A stretch of DNA of 43,597 bases from assembly GCA_964451375.1 (NCBI GenBank), contig CAYVIN010000031.1:1-43597 (forward strand). Direction: 5' to 3'. Under the pieces are notes generated by a model that did no database searches, was not told the DNA's origin, and saw nothing but the letters and a program-made list of their open reading frames with translations. The position numbers were made by a program, and so were the translations under genes. Positions 8,986 through 17,605 of this stretch are shown in pieces (positions within the stretch are counted from its first letter, which is position 1; every line of letters starts with the position of its first letter). Origin of the DNA: an uncultured Sulfuricella sp. (GTDB lineage: Bacteria > Pseudomonadota > Gammaproteobacteria > Burkholderiales > Sulfuricellaceae).

Positions 8986-9124
8986 GTTAATCCAAACCAA
9001 CGGCCAGAGCGGGGCAATAAAACCGGGGCAGAGGAACACAAATGGAACCCGGAAGCGCCCGGCCAGGGTGTTTTCGCTTCACCCATCGGCGGCCCCGGAT
9101 TCCGCTACGCGCCAGGGCCGCTGT

Positions 9125-9307
9125 CTATTTCGCAATATCCGCAGGTTTGGCGCGCGGGTTGAAAAGTATCATCAGCAGAATCGCCAGGGGCGGCGAGATC
9201 AGGAGGGAGATAAAAAACGCTCCCCAAAACCCGACCCGGGTATGCCGCCCGGCAAAACCCGCCACCAAACATAGCGCCACGTAGGCCAGCACCAGAAGAA
9301 ACAGCAT
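9125..9307 (-). CDS. Small two-TM membrane protein (60 aa), last gene of the operon
   Basis: ORF 14 nt downstream of the DUF697-like gene. It has two hydrophobic helices. No family recognised. Confidence 0.35.
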   Translation of the reverse strand: MLFLLVLAYVALCLVAGFAGRHTRVGFWGAFFISLLISPPLAILLMILFNPRAKPADIAK

Positions 9308-9320
9308 GGCGGCGTTATCC

Positions 9321-10052
9321 TCAGGCGGGTTGGGGCTGCGCTTCGGCGGCGGGGGCGACGGGTTCCTCGGCTGCGGCTGCGGGCGCTGCGGCTGCCGCGC
9401 TTTCCTTGCACTTGCCGGGCATCAGGCACACGGCAGATTCCTGACCGCGTTTGTAGAGGTCGCGGAAATACGCGGAATATTTCTGCGATTGGAAATCCGC
9501 CAGGGTGCCGCCGATTTCAAAGTGGCCGATGAACAGGTTGCCGATGGCGTAGGTATAGGCGGCAGACATCAGGGGCAGGGACAACATCCCGATGGCGGTG
9601 CCCGCGCCGGGAATCAGCTTGCCCAGGCTCGCGCCGATGATCAGTGCGGAACCGGCTGCACCCAACGTGCCGAACAATGAGGTCACAATGCCGCGCGCGG
9701 CTTTTTCGGAGAACGGCACTTCGTAAAGATCGCACAGACGTTTGACCAGCGTCACCTGGGCCGTGACCGCAGCCGCCAGATCAAGCAGCGGGAAAGGCAG
9801 CAAACCGACGCCGAGGCACACCATCATGTGGTCGCGAACGCGGGTTTCGGCCTGAAGCAGGCGGGCTTTGCGCCCTTCTGCAGTGAGGAATGGCGCATCC
9901 GGCGCAGCGGTTTCGGCATTTTGGGTGGTTTCTGCAACGGCTTCGGGGCTGGCGTTTTCGGCATTCATGGTGGTCTCCTGTGGGGTGGTTGACAAGACTT
10001 CGGCGTCACTGACATCTGCGGTAGTACGGCTGGGGGATTTCCTGGGCATCTC
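9321..10052 (-). CDS. DUF697-like (YcjF-related) membrane-associated protein; start at MPRKSPS with GGAG RBS
   Basis: The conserved core LLPFPLLDLAAAVTAQVTLVKRLCDLYEVPFSE..IPGAGTAIG..AYTYAIGNLFIGHFE resembles DUF697 proteins. The C-terminus is an Ala/Pro-rich tail. A GGAG lies 8 nt before the ATG at 10050-10052. Confidence 0.45.
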   Translation of the reverse strand, partial: EMPRKSPSRTTADVSDAEVLSTTPQETTMNAENASPEAVAETTQNAETAAPDAPFLTAEGRKARLLQAETRVRDHMMVCLGVGLLPFPLLDLAAAVTAQVTLVKRLCDLYEVPFSEKAARGIVTSLFGTLGAAGSALIIGASLGKLIPGAGTAIGMLSLPLMSAAYTYAIGNLFIGHFEIGGTLADFQSQKYSAYFRDLYKRGQESAVCLMPGKCKESAAAAAPAAAAEEPVAPAAEAQPQPA

Positions 10053-10123
10053 GGGCGCTCCTTTCGTTAACCTGCGGATCAAGTGTGCTACTTTTTTAAC
10101 TACAAAGTGATGAAGGAACATCA

Positions 10124-11677
10124 TTATTTTCCTTGCGTAACGGCGGTGGCGGAACCCGCAGCCGGCGCGACATTGTTCGCTGCCGTCCAGCGCCGCCACA
10201 AGCCGCCCAGACCGCCGTCAATGCGCCGCCCGCCGCCGCTTGCAGCCACCGGCTGGCTGGCGGCGTTTTCCGGGCTGCCGCCGGTGGCGACGGGCGCCGC
10301 GTTATGGGCAGGCGCGGCGCGTGACGGCATACGGTCGGAATGGACTTCGGCGCGCTGGTTTTCGAGCGCGCCCGGCCCGACCGGAATCGCCTGATCGGTG
10401 CGCTGCGACGGTTCGCCGGCTTGGGTGACGCGCCCGCTTGCATTGGTGACGATGACGCCGCCGGGTTCCCCGGTATTGACGGGACGGGTCGAGGGAAAAG
10501 CGTTGCGCGGGGTATTCGTGCCGACTGCCGGGGCTTGCGCTTCCATACGGGGGGCGCGGTAGTCCTGGCTCCCCAATTGGCTTTGTGGTGCGGCTGCGCC
10601 GTTGCTTACCACATTCTCATTGGGAAAACGCGGGGCCGGGGTCGGGACGGAACGATCATGTTTTTCCAGCATGTCGGCGACAATTTCCCGCGCAGTGCTG
10701 CTGTTCATGTGGGGTAACGCTGCGCTCGCAGCAGACTTGGCGGGGGCCGTCTTGGCCGCCCCCGGCGCGGCGGAATCCGGGGTGTTGGCGGCGATATCGC
10801 CGCCCAGAATCAAGGGCAACTGCCCTTTGCCGTTGCCCATGATAACCACCTTGGCATTGGGCGAACGGGCCACGTCCACGGTAGCTTCGATGCCGCGCCA
10901 AGTAAGCAGTTGCGGAGTCAGTGACGCGCCCACCACTTCGTAAAAACCGCGCAGGCCTTCGGCCTCGATACGCAGCCGTTCCGCTTCCTTTTTCTGGGTT
11001 TCGACCATGAAGTTGTAGGCGTACATCGATTGTTCCTGGGCCAGCTTGCGTTCGATGGCGGCGGTGATGGCCTGCGGCAGGGAAATTTCGGTAATGATGA
11101 AATCGCTGAATTCAATCAGTTCGTTAAGCGGGTGAACACGTAATGCTTTCTCGACTTCCGCCTGCATCTTGTCGTAACCGACCGTATACATTTCGTGGGA
11201 GCGATAGAGAGCGACCATTTCGCGTATCGATCCGGTGACCAACGGCAACACCACCAGATCGCGGTAAAACGGCCCGATCTGCTGGTGCAGCTTGGGAACA
11301 CTTTCGCGCTTGGGTTTGAACAGCAGGGTGGCGCGCACCGTGACCGCCATCCCTTCGCGGCTGTAAGCCACCATTTCGACGTTAATCGGCTGCATCCGCG
11401 CCTCGTAGACGTAGAACTGGTTCCACGGGAACTTGGTGACCAGCCCCTCGCCGTACACGTCGGCAATCTGGGTGCCGCCAAACAGCAGGTCGAACATCAC
11501 GCCGATCTGGCCGGGCCGCACGGTGACGAAGATGCTGCGCCAGAACACCAGCATCAGAAAACCGATGGTGACCAGGATGCCGAGCACTTTCAGGGTGTTA
11601 TCCGGTGAAAAAATCCGTTGCATCACACTGGGGGATGGCGTTTGCGGGTTTGCGGAAGGTTCCGTTGCGCTTGTCAT
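10124..11677 (-). CDS. SPFH/band-7 (prohibitin/HflK-like) membrane protein with a low-complexity C-terminal extension of about 230 aa
   Basis: N-terminal TM anchor followed by a band-7 domain (..VRPGQIGVMFDLLFGGTQ..VYGEGLVTKFPWNQFYVYEARMQ..), then a long Ala/Pro/Gly/Ser-rich tail. Confidence 0.7.
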   Translation of the reverse strand: MTSATEPSANPQTPSPSVMQRIFSPDNTLKVLGILVTIGFLMLVFWRSIFVTVRPGQIGVMFDLLFGGTQIADVYGEGLVTKFPWNQFYVYEARMQPINVEMVAYSREGMAVTVRATLLFKPKRESVPKLHQQIGPFYRDLVVLPLVTGSIREMVALYRSHEMYTVGYDKMQAEVEKALRVHPLNELIEFSDFIITEISLPQAITAAIERKLAQEQSMYAYNFMVETQKKEAERLRIEAEGLRGFYEVVGASLTPQLLTWRGIEATVDVARSPNAKVVIMGNGKGQLPLILGGDIAANTPDSAAPGAAKTAPAKSAASAALPHMNSSTAREIVADMLEKHDRSVPTPAPRFPNENVVSNGAAAPQSQLGSQDYRAPRMEAQAPAVGTNTPRNAFPSTRPVNTGEPGGVIVTNASGRVTQAGEPSQRTDQAIPVGPGALENQRAEVHSDRMPSRAAPAHNAAPVATGGSPENAASQPVAASGGGRRIDGGLGGLWRRWTAANNVAPAAGSATAVTQGK

Positions 11678-11690
11678 ATTATATTTGCTA

Positions 11691-13325
11691 TCAATTCGTT
11701 ACGGGATTTTTCGACCAGTTTACCAGTTTGCCTTCTTCCATGGCGAGAACCCGGTCGGCAAGATGGAAATAACGGTCATCGTGAGACACCACCAGCACCG
11801 CTTTGCCCCGATCCCGCAGGCGCGGCAGGAATTCCTCGTAAATCCAGGCGCGGAAAGCCGGATCCTGGTCGGCGGCGATTTCGTCGTAGACGTAGATTTC
11901 CTTGTCTTCCAGCACCGACAGGGACACCGCCAGGCGATGGCGCTGGCCGCGCGACAGTTCGAGGGTGGTGAAGGCTTCGTTGAGGTAATCGGTTTTTTTC
12001 GCCAGCCCCACGTCGGCAATCGCTGCGCGGATGTCCGTTACCGGGGTATCGCGGAAGCCGTAAAAACGGTCGAACAGGTGAAAATCGGTAAATACCGTGG
12101 CAAAGCGGCTGCGATACGCCACCCGGTTGTGCGGGCCGATGGGCTGGCCGTTCCACAAAATCTGCCCGGCGCTCGGGTAATACAGGCCGCTGATGACGCG
12201 CATCAGGGTGGTTTTGCCGGAGCCGTTGTGCCCCACCATAAACACCAGTTCGCCGGGCGCCAGCGTCAGCGAAATCGGGCCGATGCCGAAGGTCGAACCA
12301 TCCTCGATGCTCGCGTAGGAATATTCAAGCGCGTTGAATTGCAGGCTCTGGAGTGGCGCAAGGTGTTCCGGTTCGGCGGCTTCGCTGGACGTGCCGCGCG
12401 CCAGTTCCTCGCTCATCGCGGTGATTTCATCGTGGGCGGAATGCGCCTTGGCAAGCGTCGGAAACACCCGGAATATCCCTTCCACCAGCAGCCACATGAA
12501 CATCGAGGCATACACGATTTTCATCGCGTCGCGGGCGTCTTCGACGTATTGCGGCGTGACGAACACCACCGTGGCAAGCAGCAGGTAAAACGCCGCAAAC
12601 ACAATCGCGCCGAACTTGATCATGGTGTCCACCGCCGCCAGCCGCGAATCGCAGGCGGTATGGGCGCGCGCCAGGACGAAGCGGTCGATCAGGTCGTCGG
12701 CGCGGTTGCGATCCAGCTTGACCTCCTTGAAGCCTTGCAAAAGCTGGTTGAGCGAATCGAAAAAGGCGCGGTCGTCGAGCTGGCTCTGGCGCATCTCGTT
12801 TTCGGTGCGGGCTTTCTGATAACGCCCCGCCACCGCGATGACGGCAATCAGCACCAGCACCGCCGCCGCCGCAATAAATGAATACCAGGCCACGTACAGC
12901 GTGGCGAGCACAAAGCTGATCGAGGAAACCAGCCCCTGCGCGAGGATCAGCGGGGATTCCGCAAGAATCGGGGTGTTCCGCGCCAGCGTCCCATAAATCC
13001 GCTCGACGCCGAGTTTTTCCACAGTGCTGAAATCGGCGTTGCGCAGCAGATGGGCAAACTGGTCGCGCACCCGGAACACCACCGATTCGCCGACCGCATT
13101 CATCATGCGGGTGGTTTCACCCCGGCTCATCACCAGGATCACGCTGACCAGCACAAACGACGCAAGCAACTCGAAATCCATACCCAGCGCCGGATCGTAT
13201 TCGGTTACCGAGTTGACGATCACCGTCACCAGGGTGCTGCACACCGCCGACAATCCGAGATATAGATACAACCGCCAACCCCATGCAGCGGCGGCGGCCC
13301 GGAAAGTGTTGAGAAAACTTTTCAC
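11691..13325 (-). CDS. Fused TMD-NBD ABC exporter of the cyclic-peptide/siderophore-peptide type (SyrD/PvdE/YojI-like)
   Basis: 544 aa. N-terminal 6-TM domain. Walker A GHNGSGKTT. Signature LSRGQRHRL. Walker B YVYDEIAADQD. H-loop VVSHD. GTG start with AAGGA RBS. Confidence 0.8.
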   Translation of the reverse strand: MKSFLNTFRAAAAAWGWRLYLYLGLSAVCSTLVTVIVNSVTEYDPALGMDFELLASFVLVSVILVMSRGETTRMMNAVGESVVFRVRDQFAHLLRNADFSTVEKLGVERIYGTLARNTPILAESPLILAQGLVSSISFVLATLYVAWYSFIAAAAVLVLIAVIAVAGRYQKARTENEMRQSQLDDRAFFDSLNQLLQGFKEVKLDRNRADDLIDRFVLARAHTACDSRLAAVDTMIKFGAIVFAAFYLLLATVVFVTPQYVEDARDAMKIVYASMFMWLLVEGIFRVFPTLAKAHSAHDEITAMSEELARGTSSEAAEPEHLAPLQSLQFNALEYSYASIEDGSTFGIGPISLTLAPGELVFMVGHNGSGKTTLMRVISGLYYPSAGQILWNGQPIGPHNRVAYRSRFATVFTDFHLFDRFYGFRDTPVTDIRAAIADVGLAKKTDYLNEAFTTLELSRGQRHRLAVSLSVLEDKEIYVYDEIAADQDPAFRAWIYEEFLPRLRDRGKAVLVVSHDDRYFHLADRVLAMEEGKLVNWSKNPVTN

Positions 13326-13334
13326 GCGTTGTCC

Positions 13335-13637
13335 TTACATCGCCTGGGGTGCGGGCGGCGGCGCAGCGTCGCTGGTCGCAACGAATCCCGCCAGTTCGGC
13401 GATGGTCAGATCATCGCGCATCACCCCGTCGTTGAAAAACAGGGTTTCGTAGGGAAGTTTCCGGCCCCCCAGCTTGTGGGTGATGCTACCCAGCAGATGG
13501 ATGAGGTCAATCGAGGTCAACGCCAAATCCTCACGCAAAGACATGTCGCCGGAAAGGCTGTCAACGGTAAATTCGCTGTTCACCTCGTTGACCGCCTCAC
13601 ACACCATGGTTACGAAATCCATATTTTGTTGCTCCAC
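13335..13637 (-). CDS. Stand-alone acyl/peptidyl carrier protein
   Basis: 100 aa, acidic, four-helix-bundle-sized, with a candidate phosphopantetheine Ser in DLALTSIDLIHLLG. It lies 9 nt upstream of the ABC exporter gene. Confidence 0.6.
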   Translation of the reverse strand: MEQQNMDFVTMVCEAVNEVNSEFTVDSLSGDMSLREDLALTSIDLIHLLGSITHKLGGRKLPYETLFFNDGVMRDDLTIAELAGFVATSDAAPPPAPQAM

Positions 13638-13731
13638 AATAGTTCCTAAATAAACACTTACAAATCCGAATATTACATCACCTCACCCACACGAGCGGGG
13701 GGGGGTGGTGCTTCGAACAACTGTGCCGATA

Positions 13732-13790
13732 TGCCGCCGCCCTATCCCCAACCCCTCTCCCGCCTGCGGGCGAGGGGCTTGTAAATCGCC
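13732..13790. repeat. REP-like GC-rich hairpin repeat (GCCGCCGCCCT[C/A]TCCCCAACC[C/T]CTCTCCCGCCTGCGGG[A/C]GAGGGGCTT), copy of 8911-8963
   Basis: About 90% identical 50-bp block at both places. A related hairpin lies at 35592-35626. Confidence 0.6.
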
Positions 13791-13826
13791 GTTTGGCGGG
13801 GACAAGCGTCATGGTGCGCCCGTCAT

Positions 13827-16800
13827 TCAGCACACCAGCGTCGCGCCCGCACCAACCTGAGCGACAGCACTGATCCATTTCCCTTCCCGGTTAACCCACA
13901 CCTGGTAGGTTTTTCCACCGTCGTCCGGCGGCGCAGTCACCAGGGTGCGCCAGCCTCCCGCGTCGGCCTGCCAGGCGCTGCTCAGCCAGGCGTCGGGACG
14001 CCCCCGCAGGCCGCTTCCGGCGGCTTTGGAAGCGGCTTCCTTGGCGCACCACAGGCGCGCCAGCCCGACTTTTTCCAGTGTCGCACGTTCGGCGGGAGCG
14101 ACGATCTGCGCCTCCAGATGCGCCAACCCGGCAAAAGCCTGTTCCGGCTCGACATCGATACCCAGCATTTCTCCGCCTGCGCCGACCAGGGCCATCGCGC
14201 AGCCGTCGCAATGGGAGATGCTCAACGCTGCACTTTTACCGCCCGGCAGGATCGCTTGCGGCGCACCGCCGGGTGCGTTACTCACCGTCACGTCGGCGTA
14301 ATCGCTGTCCCGGTCGCCTTGGGCGCGTAACCAGGCAAGCAGCGCCGATTTGCCGGCAATCCGCCCGAGCAGCCAGGAAACCCGCCGCGCCGGGGCCGCC
14401 GTCGCCAGATCGCGCCACACTTGCCGTTCCGCCGCACTCAGCACGGCGCGCGCCGCGACTTCCAGCCACACCCCGCTGCCCGCGCTGAGCAAGCCGGTCG
14501 GCAGGTCGTCGAGCGTGGCCCGCCACAGTCCGGGCTGCGGCTCATCGAGGCGCGCCAGAATGTCGCCCTCAACCTGCGGATGAAGAATTTTGTGGAACGT
14601 CAGTCCCCAGTCGAAAATCCGCTGTTGCACCCCCGAGGCGCGATACAGCAGGCGTCCGCCGGCGTCGATAAAATCCACTCCGCCTTTGACATCCTGCCCG
14701 GATTGTACACAGGAAGCGCGCACCACGATATCTTTGCCAGGTGCCGCCGGGGGGGCAAAAAACTCAATTCGATCAATGGATACCGGAAAAATACCGACAT
14801 TCGGGCGGGTTTGCAGAGCGAATAACGCGGTGAGCTGGCCGATGGTGTCCAGCAACGTTGCCGGGGTGGCCAATTGATCGGGCCGGACAGCCCCCGCCAG
14901 TACGTCGTCGAACGGCGCAACCACGCCTTCCGCAACCATCCCGGCAGGGGTGTAATAGCGCACCCGGCGCATCGCGATGAAAGCGGGGCCGTGAAACAGG
15001 GCGTGATTAAAAACGTCGAGCGGCAACGTCAAAGGCAGCGCCGGAGCGGAAATTTCGGGCAGCGGCGCGGGCGCGCCGGGATAAGCCGCAGCGATTTCGA
15101 CGCCGCTGGAAAACAGCAACTCGCCCGCCGCGCCGCAGAGCCGCACTTGCCACACGCCGGGGGCGCTGCGCCGTGCTTCCAGAAGCAATTCGCGGCGCTC
15201 GGCGGCGACCTCCACCCACTGCATTCCCCGGCACTCGACAAGCGCCGTCACCACCCCGCCGCCATTGGCGCGCAAGGCGGCGGCAGCGCACATTTCGCAG
15301 GAAAACACCAGCGGTGAGACGGGCAGGCCAATCAAGCCGATATCCTTGCGGGTCAACGGCCTGCCAAAGGTGTGCTGGCGCAAAAAACCGTGCCGGGCCA
15401 GATCGAGGGTAATGCGGCAACGCCAGGTTTGGCCGTCCGCAGTAATATCGCGCGGCGCGTAAAAAACCAGCGGATCGTGGTTGCTGCGTTGCGCCATACC
15501 TGGCTCGCCGCCCTCCGGCGCAGGTTGCCCGGTGCTTTTCAGGCGCGCCACGGCGGCTTCCATGACGCGGGTCTGGGTGGCGAGAAAATCGCGCATCAGC
15601 GCGAAATGGCGATGCACCAGCAGCGCTGCGTCCGGGGAGTTTGCGACGGCGGGCGGCGACACGGCGGACGTAAAGGCCGCCCTATCCAGCGCCTGCCAGC
15701 CGGCAAAAAGCGGCTGGAGCTGGTTGGCCTTACCCATCACAAACAATTGCCCGAGGGTGCGCAGCAGCGCTGCGTAACCCGAGCCGTTTTCCCCGTCGCA
15801 GACCAGCGCATGATGCGGCTGGCCGCGCAGGGTGTCGCGCACGAAGCCGCTGAGCCGCCCCGCCGGGCCGACATCGACGAATAACCGGATGCCGTCTTCA
15901 TGCAGACGTTGGGTGGTTTCGCGAAAGCGCACCGTGCGATTCCATTGCGCAGCCGCAGCGGCGCGCCGCCCCGCGCCATCCGCCGGAAAGGGGGCGGCGC
16001 TGGCGGCGCTGTACAAGCGGCTGCGCAACGGTTTGTCGTCGATTTCCGCATATCCGGCGGCAAATCCGGCGGCGACTTCTTCGAACAACGGGGTATGGAA
16101 TGGCTGGTCGAACTGCAAACGGGTGCATATCACGCCCAGCCCGGCCAATTCCGTGAGCAGCGTCGCGCTCGCTTCGGGAACCAGGTGAACCAGCAATTGC
16201 GCGGGGCAGTTGTCGATGGAGACATAACCCCGTCCCGCCAGCAACGCGAGGATTTGCGGGCGCAGGTCGGGATTGGGCAGGGTCAGCGCGACATTGCAAC
16301 CGTGCGCGGTGGCGGGCTGGTCGGTGTCGGCAAGCCAGGGACGGATGAAATCCAGGCCGGCGAGGATTTCCTGATGATGCCCCTCAAGTCCGTAATAGGC
16401 CGCCAGGAGCGCCGCATTTTCGCCGTTGCTGTGGCCGACCACCGCATCGGGAGATGCGCCGCAGCGCTCCAGCATTTCCGCCAGCGCCAGCCCGCCGACC
16501 AGGCAGGATTGCCCACCGTCGGCCAGCGCAAAGAGGCGCTCGGCTGCGGCGGCGCGTCCCGCAGGATCGGGCGGCGCTTCGTAAAGGGTTTCCGAAGGAC
16601 GCGGTGACTCCGGGGTCTGTCCATCAAGCAGGTCGTACCAATAACGCACACTGTCGAGATACAGCGCGCTGTCGCGCAACATCCCGAAATATTGGGAACC
16701 CTGGCCGGGAAAAATGAACGCCAGCCCGCCACTTTCCGCCGCGCCCGTGAAATTCCCCCAGATACCACGCGGATGCTGGTAGCGCGTCAGTTTGGGGTCG

Positions 16801-17603
16801 TTCAAGGCGGCCCCGAGCAAGGTGAGTTTGTGGGACAAATCGCCAACATCGGTAGCGACCAGCGCGGCGCGCACCGGGCCGCACGCCGAGTTTGCACATT
16901 CCGCCGCCAGATCGACGAGGCGTTGCGCCGTATCAACCCGCGCCGCCAGCGCTTTCACCCGCTCAATCAGGGCGGCGCGGCTATCCGCCGCCACCACGAT
17001 CAATTCATGGGAACGCCGCCGCTGGAGGCGCGGACGCGGCGCGTCCGGCGCTGCTTCCGCGATGCGCAGGGGGAACGCCGCACCCGGCGGATGTAATTGA
17101 AAGCTTCGTCCCTCGTCGCGATACCCCCACACCCAGGGGATCCGTTGGGCGTCCGGCCCCGCCGCAATACGGAAGCGGTCATGCACCATCCACACGGCGA
17201 GCAGGAAATCGCGGCACGAAAAACCGCCCGGCAAAGCAAGCGGGGAAGCGGAAAAATCCACCCTCACGGCGCACGGGTCGCTGTCCGCCGCGCCCAGCGC
17301 GACCGCCCAGGCAATGTCGCCGACATCTCCGGCGAGCAGGGTCGCCAACCCCTGAGTCGCGCGTTCCAGCGCTGTTTGCAGCGCACCGGCGAGACTCGCG
17401 TCGTCGCACTCCAGCAGCACTGCGCCGCTGAAATCGCCGAGTTCCGTCAGGCAGACGTTGCGCCGGGCGGTGTCGGGCGCTCCCCCGCCATCTCCCCCGG
17501 CGAGCCGGTCGAGCGCTTCGTCCAGCCCGCCCTGCGGCCCGCGCAGGGACTGCCCGAGCAGCCTTGCCGCGCCGTCAGCCGGGGAAAACGCCGGAACCTT
17601 CAC
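13827..17603 (-). CDS. Multidomain synthase subunit: N-terminal region of unknown function, acyltransferase, PKS-type dehydratase (hot-dog), C-terminal 4'-phosphopantetheinyl transferase
   Basis: 1258 aa. AT motifs FIFPGQGSQYFGM, GHSNGE and FHTPLF. DH-like region HTFGRPL..LPVSP plus a DxxxQ motif (LLDTIGQL). The C-terminus carries PPTase motifs GIDVEPEQ and WCAKEAASKAAG. The GTG start lies 2 nt after the RND gene stop. Confidence 0.8.
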   Translation of the reverse strand: MKVPAFSPADGAARLLGQSLRGPQGGLDEALDRLAGGDGGGAPDTARRNVCLTELGDFSGAVLLECDDASLAGALQTALERATQGLATLLAGDVGDIAWAVALGAADSDPCAVRVDFSASPLALPGGFSCRDFLLAVWMVHDRFRIAAGPDAQRIPWVWGYRDEGRSFQLHPPGAAFPLRIAEAAPDAPRPRLQRRRSHELIVVAADSRAALIERVKALAARVDTAQRLVDLAAECANSACGPVRAALVATDVGDLSHKLTLLGAALNDPKLTRYQHPRGIWGNFTGAAESGGLAFIFPGQGSQYFGMLRDSALYLDSVRYWYDLLDGQTPESPRPSETLYEAPPDPAGRAAAAERLFALADGGQSCLVGGLALAEMLERCGASPDAVVGHSNGENAALLAAYYGLEGHHQEILAGLDFIRPWLADTDQPATAHGCNVALTLPNPDLRPQILALLAGRGYVSIDNCPAQLLVHLVPEASATLLTELAGLGVICTRLQFDQPFHTPLFEEVAAGFAAGYAEIDDKPLRSRLYSAASAAPFPADGAGRRAAAAAQWNRTVRFRETTQRLHEDGIRLFVDVGPAGRLSGFVRDTLRGQPHHALVCDGENGSGYAALLRTLGQLFVMGKANQLQPLFAGWQALDRAAFTSAVSPPAVANSPDAALLVHRHFALMRDFLATQTRVMEAAVARLKSTGQPAPEGGEPGMAQRSNHDPLVFYAPRDITADGQTWRCRITLDLARHGFLRQHTFGRPLTRKDIGLIGLPVSPLVFSCEMCAAAALRANGGGVVTALVECRGMQWVEVAAERRELLLEARRSAPGVWQVRLCGAAGELLFSSGVEIAAAYPGAPAPLPEISAPALPLTLPLDVFNHALFHGPAFIAMRRVRYYTPAGMVAEGVVAPFDDVLAGAVRPDQLATPATLLDTIGQLTALFALQTRPNVGIFPVSIDRIEFFAPPAAPGKDIVVRASCVQSGQDVKGGVDFIDAGGRLLYRASGVQQRIFDWGLTFHKILHPQVEGDILARLDEPQPGLWRATLDDLPTGLLSAGSGVWLEVAARAVLSAAERQVWRDLATAAPARRVSWLLGRIAGKSALLAWLRAQGDRDSDYADVTVSNAPGGAPQAILPGGKSAALSISHCDGCAMALVGAGGEMLGIDVEPEQAFAGLAHLEAQIVAPAERATLEKVGLARLWCAKEAASKAAGSGLRGRPDAWLSSAWQADAGGWRTLVTAPPDDGGKTYQVWVNREGKWISAVAQVGAGATLVC

Positions 17604-17605
17604 GA

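Noticed and set aside
8437-9124. Possible CRISPR array suggested by clustered palindromic repeats
   Set aside because: The repeats differ in length (92 and 368 bp). They are themselves palindromic with terminal inverted repeats. They are not regularly spaced around unique spacers, and there are no cas genes. Better explained as MITE/REP-like elements.
11433-12881. 482-aa plus-strand ORF
   Set aside because: Antisense to the ABC exporter and SPFH genes. His/Arg/Gly-rich nonsense composition. The minus-strand genes have clear Walker and band-7 motifs.
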